Assembly: GCF_001194135.2 (NCBI RefSeq)
Contig: NC_068998.1
Span: 49,472,339-49,513,498, forward strand
DNA: 41,160 nucleotides
From: Octopus bimaculoides
Taxonomy: Eukaryota
Reading direction: 5' to 3'
Under the pieces are notes generated by a model, which was given only the letters and a program-made list of their open reading frames with translations, was not told where the DNA came from and searched no databases. This document shows, piece by piece, positions 1-9,879 of the stretch (positions within the stretch are counted from its first letter, which is position 1; every line of letters starts with the position of its first letter). Both the position numbers and the translations under genes were made by a program.

Positions 1-260
1 CCTTTATATTGAACACTCAATATTTCATCTATTCAATAAGACATATTCCATATATTCAATAAGCCATTCAATACTTTATTTCATATTATATATTGTATAT
101 TATATTATATATTGTATATTCCATATTCTATATCCCACATTGGTTTTGCAAGAATATAAATAAAACATAAAAAACAGACAGTGTTGGAACTCTTTTAAAC
201 AAAATAATATATTCCTCTATACACAATCATACAAAAAAAACCGTTTTTTGTATTTATTTT

Positions 261-262
261 TA

Positions 263-318
<56 letters not shown>
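261..318. repeat. (AC)n(AT)n microsatellite; other simple repeats at 6208-6290, 10815-10853, 14298-14345, 15590-15760, 16400-16463, 16893-16945, 18470-18630, 21965-22033, 26520-26640, 38315-38385, 38930-39005 and 40862-40912
   Basis: Read directly from the sequence. Confidence 0.95.
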
Positions 319-1020
319 CTCTCTGAATTTTTCTTAGTTTCCACTCACAAACATCTTTCGAATCAGGACCAAAGTTTCCATCCATTGGGACTGAAATTGC
401 AACCGTGCTGTTCAAATGCATATTGTTCCCACGCAATAACGTCCGTATTTGTCGTATTACCATGATTTCATAGCTTTCTCGTTTGTCACTTAAAAGTCTT
501 TCATGAAATTTTCTTCAATTTTTCCCACTCTTCGTCACTTGGTAGATTGCGCAGTAAGCGCTATTAACGTGTTGAGTAACATGGCCGTACAGACAGGACT
601 TTGAGGCATTATATCCTGTTCACACCGAAAATATAGTTGTAGAATGTTACATAAATCACGTCCATTCCTCGAGGTTCATATACAAAGCAAAACTTTATGT
701 CAGAACAATGTATTTGTGAAAACATTTAAATGGGTTCAGAATACGTCAACGTCCACATATACAAGTTGACATTAGCGCTGCAAACAATAACCTCTAGCAA
801 TCTCCTGGCGCCTACTTACGAGTAGAAATGAAAATGTAATAAAGTTCTTCTTGCTACAAAATTATTGGCTTAAATTAAAAAAACATTAACTTTCGATAGT
901 GACTCATTTCGTGACATTTCCATTCCCTTACAACTGAATTTGGGATAAAATAAGAGGAAAACAGTTTGCATGTTATATATTTCTTTATATATCATTAATA
1001 TTATTTAATAGTGAGGAAGT

Positions 1021-1061
1021 TCACTGCTCAGGTTCAGAATATTCGTCACAATTAACCAGAC
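1021..1061 (-). CDS. Candidate terminal exon of paralogue 1 (LVNCDEYSEPEQ*); homologues at 11554-11594, 22774-22829 (1-nt deletion) and 29761-29801
   Basis: Conserved strong acceptor (tttttgtcacgttacag|G or close variant) in all copies; 41-nt phase-1 frame ending TGA in copies 1, 2 and 4; needs a phase 0-to-1 exon upstream (candidate 2105-2078). Confidence 0.35.
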
Positions 1062-2278
1062 CTGTAACGTGACAAAGATGTGTTCAATAGAGTGGTTTTA
1101 GCAGAGGCATTTTTTGTTCTTTGAAGTAAACTTGTAATTCGAAAGGCAATATTTAAGGAAAAAGTATTTGTTACTGCTATCTATGCGTTTTCTTGTGTTT
1201 TAACGGTCACCTCTTGAAAATCGTTGTTTGATTACCTCCCCGTATCATGCACCGTTTGAAAATAAATAAGTTGTTGGTTTCTTCTATAGAAGAAACAAGC
1301 AAATATGAAAAGGAATGCACATTTACATAACTGTGCTAATGTTGCTGTACAGTTCTTAAATATCACTCGCATTTTTATAGCTTACTTAGTGTATATCGCA
1401 ATAAAATTGTATTGGGAAGGGACCGATGTCATAAATAAATAAGCAATAGTAAAATAGAGACATTTATATTAAAATTGCAATAATTACCTAATGTTAAACT
1501 TTTTCCATCTGTTTAATTTTTCAACCGACGCGCTGAAACGAATATTTGATATATTAGGATTGATATTAATACCCTCTATTCCAATTTCATTAATTAGCTC
1601 CAGAGATGCTGTTATGAATTGAATAGAAGTTCCTTATACAAATATTTATGTGCTAAGATTTAACTGCCTGAAATTTAATGAGGAATTAATGCAGATACCC
1701 ATCTATTTCGTTATCGCGTTTCAGTTTTGCATAATACTGTTTAAATCGAAGCTTAATATAGTTTTTCATATTGTGTGTGAAATAATAAAAATAAAACAAT
1801 TGCAAGCGAAATATCAGAAAATTTGTTACTTCGGTTAGACAGAGAATATTTGATCGATGTGGTCCTATAGCCATTATAACATCCATTAGGTAACGTTTGT
1901 GCTCTGATTTAGAGACAAGAATCTGTACTATATGAGATCTAATTGACACACGCAATCGATTTAATGGAAGACCAATATTTCAATGATAAATATTGTTTCG
2001 GATTATGGGACAAAGCTTGTAGGATAAGAATTTCTATTTTGAAATCCCATGATGCTTGTGGACACTACTTGTGTTACTAGGTCTATTGTTTCGTAGAAGG
2101 TTTCTCTTGCAAACACAAATAACCATATACACTAAAAAAATGTCATGTTATGTATTACAAATATGAATTTCAGTTGAATGAAAGAGAAAAGTTAGTACGC
2201 TATCGTCTCATTGATTAAATTAATGTAAGTATCATTTATAATGAATTATGCAGAAACAATGCAAATTAAAGTAATTAC

Positions 2279-2372
2279 CTTAGGTAGGCATTTTGAAGTG
2301 AGCATGGTGTGAAACGTGACAGCACAGTCTCTACGAACGTCTTTCAGACAAAAATAATATTCAACCCAATGT
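2279..2372 (-). CDS. Paralogue 1 exon 3 (HWVEYYFCLKDVRRDCAVTFHTMLTSKCLPK)
   Basis: Acceptor ctttatcttacag, donor gtaatt, 94 nt in all four copies, W/C/C/C/P invariant. Confidence 0.88.
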
Positions 2373-4303
2373 CTGTAAGATAAAGACAAGACGGTTTTCA
2401 TTTCGAATCTAAAGTAATCGTTTATTAACATTATTATCAAGAAATGCTAGAACCATGCTTCTCGTACTACGAGAGCCTACCATTTATTCGGTTCTTAAAT
2501 CTGTGCTTGACTGAGTGCTTACTAGCATATACTGATTTACATTGAATCGAATTCTCTTGTAACCGAAATATCTTCTGTTTCACATGCAAATTTTTAATGC
2601 TTGGGTTAATGCGTAGAAACTTCTACACTTTGTATATCTGTTAGAACACTTTTGTAGATGGCAAAGCTGCTGACTTAAAAAAGGAAGGATACAACATATG
2701 GTATATTAGATAAAGTATTTTAGACTAATATATAATGGCCATGATTTGAAAGCAATTAATCCTAACTATTCTTATCCACTGATAAGTTTTAGTATTTAAA
2801 CAATTTCGAATATTCAAAACCGTTCCTATATTTAAACATTCGATGATCAGAAGGATTTTCGAAACGATAGAACATATAGATTTACGAACGGTATAGTTAA
2901 ATTGTTTCAGTTATTTGACCGTGAGCATGCTGGGACAACGCCTTGTAATGGAAGGAATTGAAAACTGAAAGCCAAGCAGAAATGATACTTTATATTCGCT
3001 AGCTGAGTAGATCGGAGCAACATGAAAGGCCTTGCTCAAGGACACCACACTCAGCCGACTATGGCATTGCGAACCTTACGATTATGAGCCGAGTACACTA
3101 ACCATTAAGCCACGCTCCTTTCAGAGTACAAATCATTTCGTAAGTAAGCATTCCTAATAAGAATCGAATTAAAGTATTCTTATTCAATATACGGTTATAC
3201 GGTTATAATAAATGACGCTAAAAATAGTTAATCTGCAAACATAATTATTTAATAGTAATAATAAACATTTTATTTTTGCTGTCGTGAAAACAACTTTCAA
3301 GTATTTTTCTTCCACAATATCAAAAGATTTTGATTGATCCAAATCGGTGAGCGCTCCAGTCATGCCAGTTTCTTTACCCGCCCTCTCTATGATGTAACGC
3401 GTAAGGTGAACTTTGTCGTGAATAGTACTATTTGGGATGGCGAGCAGCAATTCTTACGTTTATTACGGCACAGTGGAATGATTCCTTGGCTTGTACTCCG
3501 TTGCAAATCTCACTTCCACAATGCCGAAGTGATTTCCTCTTGTCATATATATTTTGTTGGTCCAAACTTCCTTCAAGTTCATTTCCAACAGTTTTGGGGC
3601 TGCTCGTTCTACCCTTTTCTACTTTATATTTAAAATTCTGTGGATCACTGTTTTTCGATCGGTTTCCTTTATAATTTCCTGAGAGGTGTTAAGGAAAACG
3701 TTGTTTCCATCTTTCCTATTCATTTTCTTGTTTTTTTCTTCCTTCTCCTGTGCAGAAACAATAATGGTGGTTCAACCTCCCGCTCTCACACACTCGCTCA
3801 GTCGTCATTGTTGTTCTTGGTTTAAATTTTCCAAAATTTTCAGAGAAAACTTTCGGATAAAAATGGTTATTTAGTCCTCAAAATGGGGCTTTTTTCAACA
3901 AAAACTAGTTCTCTATGTGGGCAGCCAGCTGGGAACAGAAATGAAACAATACAAATAAAAGTTCGACAATTTGAGACATAGAAATTTAAAATAACTTCAG
4001 GACCTCCAAAACGTGTGACTTATAACGATAAGTAACAACAGAGATATCTACTACTAACATTGAAGTCTGAGACGTTTGCAGGAAATCCTCGCCCTGCCCC
4101 TGTCGGTGCATAGGCAGCCAGCACTCTGAAGGCACCACCGTCACTGTTGCTTACATCTAGGACCACGAGCTTACCTACTATGTCCAGGAAATCTCTCTTC
4201 ATTTTCAAAATCAGACATTTTCCAGAAAAGCACCGGGGTACCACCACTGCCCCCTTCCGGTCGACACGGAGATAGGCCGGGAGGGGGCAGTAACAACAAC
4301 AGC

Positions 4304-4347
<44 letters not shown>

Positions 4348-4362
4348 AACAACAACAACAAC

Positions 4363-4401
<39 letters not shown>

Positions 4402-5714
4402 CATACGTACACGCATTCTGCACTAAGTGTTGGGGATGGCGTGATGGAAGTCGATTTATGCAGGCAATAAGTAGTGGCCAATCTACCGCACTCGGATAGC
4501 ACATCAGCAGCAGCACCTAAAGGATTTATTTAATTACTAATAATTAGTGATACACATACTGGGTGTGTAATCATTATGTTTAAAAAAGAAAGCAAAAATG
4601 AAAGAAAAATGCTGAAGCGTTAATGTAGAGCTAAATTCGGATCCGCGTTCTCTCAGTAGGCAATTATAATATGTGTTTCATGAATGATATCACTGTTGTT
4701 CTGATTCCGTTATAACTTCACAGGTGACGATGTCGTACGATTATTTGGTGATTCTTTACTACNNNNNNNNNNCGTTATAACTTCACAGGTGACGATGTCG
4801 TACGATTATTTGGTGATTCTTTACTACAAAATATTTGGAAGGTGAACATTTTTATAATTTTGTCATAGTCTTTTATTCTTTCATTCTATTATTTGTTTCC
4901 GTTATTAGAGTGCAGCCATGCTGGAGCACCACCTTTAGTCGAACAAATCGAACCCAGGACTTACTCTTTGAAAGCTTAGTACTCATCCTATCGGTCTCTG
5001 GCCTACGGGGATGTAAAGACGCCAATATCGGTTGTCAAGCAAGAGTGGCGGTGATGCGGGGGCAAACACAAACACTCAATTATGCACACATANNNNNNNN
5101 NNNNNNNNNNNNNNNNNNNNNNNNNNNNNNNNNNNNNNNNNNNNNNNNNNNNNNNNNNNNNNNNNNNNNNNNNNNNNNNNNNNNNNNNNNNNNNNNNNNN
5201 NNNNNNNNNNNNNNNNNNNNNNNNNNNNNNNNNNNNNNNNNNNNNNNNNNNNNNNNNNNNNNNNNNNNNNNNNNNNNNNNNNNNNNNNNNNNNNNNNNNN
5301 NNNNNNNNNNNNNNNNNNNNNNNNNNNNNNNNNNNNNNNNNNNNNNNNNNNNNNNNNNNNNNNNNNNNNNNNNNNNNNNNNNNNNNNNNNNNNNNNNNNN
5401 NNNNNNNNNNNNNNNNNNNNNNNNNNNNNNNNNNNNNNNNNNNNNNNNNNNNNNNNNNNNNNNNNNNNNNNNNNNNNNNNNNNNNNNNNNNNNNNNNNNN
5501 NNNNNNNNNNNNNNNNNNNNNNNNNNNNNNNNNNNNNNNATATATATATATATATATATATATATAACATCATTTCTATGTAATCATTTAATATATGAAT
5601 ATGGATTCTGTATTTTATACACCAGATGTAAATGTTATGAAAAACTGAAAAGAAAATATTTCAATATTGCAGCTTACCTCCAAAGAGAAGAAACACGAAG
5701 AATAAAGTTTTCAT
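2279..5714 (-). CDS. Paralogue 1 of a secreted 6-Cys small-protein family; join 5714-5678, 4516-4411, 2372-2279; 3' end unresolved
   Basis: Spliced translation MKTLFFVFLLFGGAAADVLSECGRLATTYCLHKSTSITPSPTLSAECVHWVEYYFCLKDVRRDCAVTFHTMLTSKCLPK. Splice sites GAG|gtaagc, cctttag|GT, GT|gtacgt, cttacag|A, AAG|gtaatt; phases 1 and 2 match. Signal-peptide-like N-terminus ending AAA. Exon 1 is linked across a 447-N gap. Confidence 0.8.
2920..3120 (-). mobile_element. tRNA-derived CORE-like SINE remnant; orthologous copy 31720-31905, fragment 13545-13580
   Basis: Minus strand reads ggagcgtggcttaatggttagtgtactcggctc (tRNA A-box-like head) and later ccttgagcaaggcc (CORE-like). Confidence 0.6.
3250..3450 (-). 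mobile_element. L1/Tx1-clade LINE RT fragment
   Basis: IHDKVHLTRYIIE...GALTDLDQSKSFD matches the L1/Tx1 RT motif (LDQxKAFDxV); same insertion point as 32100-32330. Confidence 0.8.
4040..4285 (-). mobile_element. L1/Tx1 APE-endonuclease fragment
   Basis: FLDIVGKLVVLDVSNSDGGAFRVLAAYAPTG resembles the APE NxYAP region. Confidence 0.75.
4290..4400. repeat. (AAC)n(AAT)n microsatellite next to the exon 2 donor; orthologous tracts 14710-14920, 25081-25130 and 37277-37335
   Basis: Read directly from the sequence. Confidence 0.95.
4411..4516 (-). CDS. Paralogue 1 exon 2 (GAAADVLSECGRLATTYCLHKSTSITPSPTLSAEC-V)
   Basis: Acceptor aaatcctttag, donor gtacgt, 106 nt, open, 3 Cys. Confidence 0.85.
4865..5090 (-). 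mobile_element. Octopus-type SINE 3' half in intron 1; orthologous copies 15270-15500, 25525-25715 and 37715-37945
   Basis: Motif catgctggagcaccgcctttagtcgaacaaatcga...cggttgtcaagcga with a (TATTCTTT)-like tail, recognised from memory as a high-copy octopus SINE; same position in all four genes. Confidence 0.65.
5678..5714 (-). CDS. Paralogue 1 exon 1 (signal peptide MKTLFFVFLLFG)
   Basis: ATG at 5714, 37 nt, phase-1 donor gtaagc; same length and donor in the other three copies. Confidence 0.8.
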
Positions 5715-5923
5715 GTCTTTTCTTTTACGCGTTAAAAGAAACGAATAGTGCTATAGCAATCAATAATGTTGTATTGTTACATGTAATGACATACAGTGTA
5801 ACATATGCGAGGCAACAGTAAAACAAAACAGCGTAATTCAATTAAGTCTGTCATATTAGATTAGAGAGAGAGACAATAGTTCTTTCGCCTGAAAACGACT
5901 TATGCGTAGATACGTAAATAAAA

Positions 5924-5967
5924 ACTTACAGTTGAATATTTATTTTTTCTGTTTAGATAATTATATA
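5924..5967 (-). promoter_or_regulatory. Conserved upstream block with TATA-like TATATAA (5967-5961) and a GTAAGT (5929-5924)
   Basis: TATATAA is present about 250 nt upstream of the ATG in all B copies; function not demonstrated. Confidence 0.3.
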
Positions 5968-6205
5968 ACCTATAGTCAATAAAATGAAGCGTAATAACTT
6001 TGTGGAATACTTATCCCCTATTGTTTCATTTGTGTTTCATATTGCAGTGCAACCATGCTGGAGCATAACGAAGGTTTTACTAAACAAATCGACCTCAATA
6101 CTTACTTTTTAAGACTTGTACTGAATCTATTGTTTCTACAACTATATACTCTACTTCCTCAGATCTCTTCATAGATTAAATGAAGAAGCCAATCCCTCTT
6201 GCAAA

Positions 6206-6269
<64 letters not shown>

Positions 6270-6289
6270 ACAAATTATTATTATTATAA

Positions 6290-8150
6290 AAATCCCACAA
6301 AAACAACGTGTGACTGATGCCTGATCAACGGGGCAAGAGAACTTCTTATATTTCTTCGCAGGTGTACACTCAGAATTGATCATTTCACACTGGCCATTCT
6401 TCCAGCATTCACCCACATTTCAACAAACTTACAAGAAAGCAACACTTCCCTTTCCATCCTCAACTTTCTTTTCAAGTGAAACTTGAAAAAGTCGATGACG
6501 GCTAGGCCAAAAAGGAAAGTGCCTCCTTTAGACCTTCCAGACACGTCCGCCCTACTGCCTCTTTCGCTATAGCCACCAGAGAAATAATAACTGTCACCCG
6601 GCCAAAGGAGGGTGGTGAGGATATCCGCACTACGGATTCATCAGATAGCCGGTTCCGTTTCACATGCGACATAGGGTGTTCGACATAAACCCACATACCA
6701 GCAATACTCGGGCACTGGACGAAGTCGTGCAGAACGGTTTCATCGTTCTACACGCACCTCAGGCCGGCTCGGCTGACGGCACTTCCACGCCTGACAAGTT
6801 TATCCCAAGCAGACAGCGTCTTTCTGTTGCACCTTCCACAGAAAGCGGAAGAATAAGTGCACCTGCTTCGTCAACCAGCAAACGAAGCAAGGCATAACGG
6901 TCAAGCGGTAATAGATGACGGATACGAAGTACACATTCGCCACCTCTGCTCAACCTTACAGAGACAGCTTCGTCTCGGCCCATTTCTGTGTGTGATTGGA
7001 TAAGCTGTTCGTCACCAGATCCATCTATTTCTCCATCTGGATATCTGGACCGAAGCAGACAGTCTGTCCAGTATCCTACGATGGCTGTCCAGCGCCCTAC
7101 AACGACTTGGTGTTACAAGCCCACTGGCGTGAATTTTTGTTCTTATCACCGTTTCATATCCTTTCAGTGTGTGTCCAATGAGATCTATATGTCTCTGGCT
7201 CGATACTCTCACGGCGATATCATCAGAGTAAGCAGATACACTTCTCACACATCTTAAATCACACTGGACACCACTCAAAGCCTCCTACTTCAGCAGTAGT
7301 GATTCAAGTATCAGTTCATACCGAAGATATGAGAGAGAGAAACCTTGCCAGACCGAGCGCTAGATGCTGAATTATTCCAACCGGTGACCATTCAACCGAA
7401 CAACCGCACAGATATCAATGCAAAAAGAGATCCAACATCGGAAAGCCTGACCGAAACCGAGTATTGATTGTCGACGCCATAAACGGTTTTAGATTGATCT
7501 AAGTTGTTCAGAGTCCCACCCGTGTGAGCTTCGTTACCCACTATCTCACTCTGATGTAGCGACTGACGTAGTGGTTGTCCGGAATAGTCCTGGTTAGCAT
7601 GGCGCTTACGCCTAGCAAACGAGCTTGTCCACGACAAGAGCCAAAATCTTGGCTAATACATTGGCCAAAATCTTTAACCCTGCATGAAGCAAAGTGATGG
7701 GCCTGTAATTTTCTATAACGTGCCACCGCCTCTCGACATAGAAATATGAAAAATCTTCTATTCTGCTGCCAGTTGTAGTAGACGTCTGCAACGAGGACCG
7801 CAAATAAGTCTGGCATGGATATATAAAGCTGGTAGGGCAGACCGTCCAAACCCGTCTATATTACTCTCGTGTAACTCTTCAACGCTTCCTGTAAGACCGC
7901 GGCTGTTATTGGCCTTTCGCAGCAATCCCCTTTGCACGTAGAGAGTCACAGCAGGATGTCCAAGTGGCCACCGAAATCTACCCTGTTATCCGTTCTATCA
8001 TTCGTCCTGAACAGTCGAGAAAAGTACTGCTGAAAGCCGCATACGTCTGTTTTGCTTCGAACATCACGCGCTCGTTCTGGTCCACTAAAGACCGAATGTT
8101 GGCTTGTTGTCACGTTTTGTCTACGTCACTGGAGCACCTCGTGACGCTTC
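6290..8150 (-). mobile_element. Degraded L1/Tx1 LINE ORF2 (RT N-terminus and C-terminal CCHC region) with (TAA)n tail at 6208-6285
   Basis: DGLPYQLYISMPDLF, ENYRPITLLHAGLKILANVLAK, HDFVQCP..MWVYVE..LVAIAKEAV; frameshifts and stops. Confidence 0.88.
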
Positions 8151-9240
8151 TTTTCCTCAAACACACACACACACATGCGCGCGCGCGTGCGTTTTTGGCG
8201 ATGAATTCTAAGCGTACAAAGACGACTTAAAGAAGAAGAATTGGAGTTACTGATTTTAAATGGTTCAATATTTCGTGATCCTCTCATTTTATTGTGAATA
8301 TTCATAAATGTAAATTGTACATAAGGGTGTCCTATATTATTCTTAGGTCATATCGAACAAAATTACTAAATACATTCACTGATGTAATCTCCTCTCGCAA
8401 CCATAAATATTTTCGTTCCTTTTTGAATATATACATAAATAAATTTAAACATATGAGTTGAGCTGGATTTGAAACTGGATAGTGATCTCTGAATTCTATT
8501 CAATCATTTGATTGTGAAAAAAAAAATATGAATTTTAGAATAGGCCTTGCTGATAGAATCATGCATTTAATTATTTTTTTATTTAAAAAATCTTTTTATT
8601 TGTAGGCCCATTAAATTTATTCCGTACTCACCATATATAAGTGTTCTTTTTCCTGTTCTTTTAATAATAATGAGGGATTACCAGATCGGGGACCCACAAT
8701 GGTGGAGACAAAGTTTTGGTTTCGATAAAGGGGTCACTGCTAATTTGGTGTTTTAGTGTGTAATGGATTGTAGCATCTGCTCTTGAAACGGCCGTAGACG
8801 TGGATTTATTCTTACATTATTCTGCATTCCTTTTCCTTTTGGACTTGCCCATGGATGATATCTCGCATTCACATTGCATTTAGCAGTCTAACTATCTTAT
8901 TTTTCATCGCGTCGCTATACACAATCATATTTTCTTCATATATATATTCGTTTCTTCTTCATACACTTTCATACAGGTTTTCACAAGTTCTTTTATAGGT
9001 GAAAATATATGTATATGTTAAGCCTTCTGGCTCTGGGTGCGGTATATTAACATGCATTTATTTTCTACATTGTAAATATGTAGGTAGGATGTGAAGATGT
9101 TTCACCAATTATAGTGGTTAATTTTCAAACAAAATATATATAGATATATCACATATATAGATATATCACAATCATTTCTATGTCATCATTTAATATATGA
9201 ATATAGATTATGTATTTACACATCAGATATATATGTTATG

Positions 9241-9270
9241 AAAAACTGAAAATGAAGAATAAAGTTTTCA
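9241..9270 (-). pseudogene. Truncated duplicate of exon 1 (MKTLFF..., donor deleted)
   Basis: Same flanks as 5570-6150, but about 44 bp containing the last codons and the gtaag donor are missing. Confidence 0.7.
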
Positions 9271-9879
9271 TGTCTTTTCTTTTATGCGTTAAAATAAATG
9301 AATGGTGCTATGACAATCAACAATGTTATGTTCTTATATGTAATGCTTTACAGTGTAACACATGTCAGGCCGCAGTAAAACAAAACAACCACATACAGTT
9401 AAGACTGTCATATTAAATTTCAGAGCAACAATAGTTCTTTCGCCTGAATATTTAATTGTCGAATAACGATTTATACGTGGATGTATAAATAAAAACTTAC
9501 AGTTGAAAATTTCTTTCTTTCTTTAGAAAATTATATAACCTGTATTCAATAAACTGAAGCATAATTCCTTTCTGGAATGTTTATCCCCATTTTTTTTTCA
9601 TTCGTTTCTCATATTACAGTGCGACAATGCTGATGCACCAAAATGAAGGATTTACGAAACAAATCGGCCTGAGTACTTATTTCTTAAGATTATACCGTGT
9701 CTATTGTCTCTCCCACTATTTACCCTACGTCCTCAAATCTCTTACCGACCGAAAGAAGCATAGTTTAAATGAAGAATTTAATCCCTGTTGCAACTATTAT
9801 TATTATTATTACTATTATTATTATTTTATGTTTGACTTTTGTTTTGCATTTGTACACGTTGGATCCAAGTCTCACCCAG

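Larger units (their letters stand above)
300..3180. repeat. Segmental repeat block A (exon 3 and downstream region), copy 1; other copies about 10860-13565, 22545-24730 and 29640-32100
   Basis: Colinear similarity of roughly 80-90% over 2.2-2.9 kb, estimated by eye. Confidence 0.9.
5570..6150. repeat. Segmental repeat block B (exon 1 plus upstream/promoter); copies about 9170-9780, 18630-19060, 28490-28910 with 29406-29640, and 40200-40860
   Basis: Shared motifs such as gttctttcgcctgaa, aaacttacagttg, ttatataacc. Confidence 0.9.

Noticed and set aside
320-560. Weak coding-like minus-strand frame (IRTLLRGNN..TISVP; also 10870-11000)
   Set aside because: Frameshifted and stopped in both copies and I cannot assign a motif; probably old TE debris.
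1488-1667. Two further minus-strand exon-like segments (1532-1488 ASVEKLNRWK; 1667-1573 AVKS*...)
   Set aside because: In-frame stops or length changes in most copies, and the phases of the first do not fit. A 4-codon AVKS* terminus cannot be fully excluded without cDNA.
1952-2080. Plus-strand Cys-containing frame DLMEDQYFNDKYCFGLWDKACRIRISILKSHDACGHYLCY* repeated in the A blocks
   Set aside because: The upstream AG is missing in copy 1, copy 3 is frameshifted, there is no start or partner exon, and conservation equals background intron identity.
2373-2402. In-frame ATG giving MKTVLSLSYR/MKTLLYLSYR just before exon 3, resembling the real signal-peptide start
   Set aside because: It overlaps the polypyrimidine tract and acceptor, lacks an h-region, and would leave only three Cys; probably coincidence.
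4708-4822. About 55-bp direct repeat on both sides of a 10-N gap
   Set aside because: Typical unmerged contig overlap; the other three units have a single copy.
4789-4841. Plus-strand mini-exon-like GDDVVRLFGDSLLQNIWK with cag/gtga borders
   Set aside because: Acceptor and frame are destroyed in copy 2, there are no compatible neighbouring exons, and it is antisense to the supported gene.
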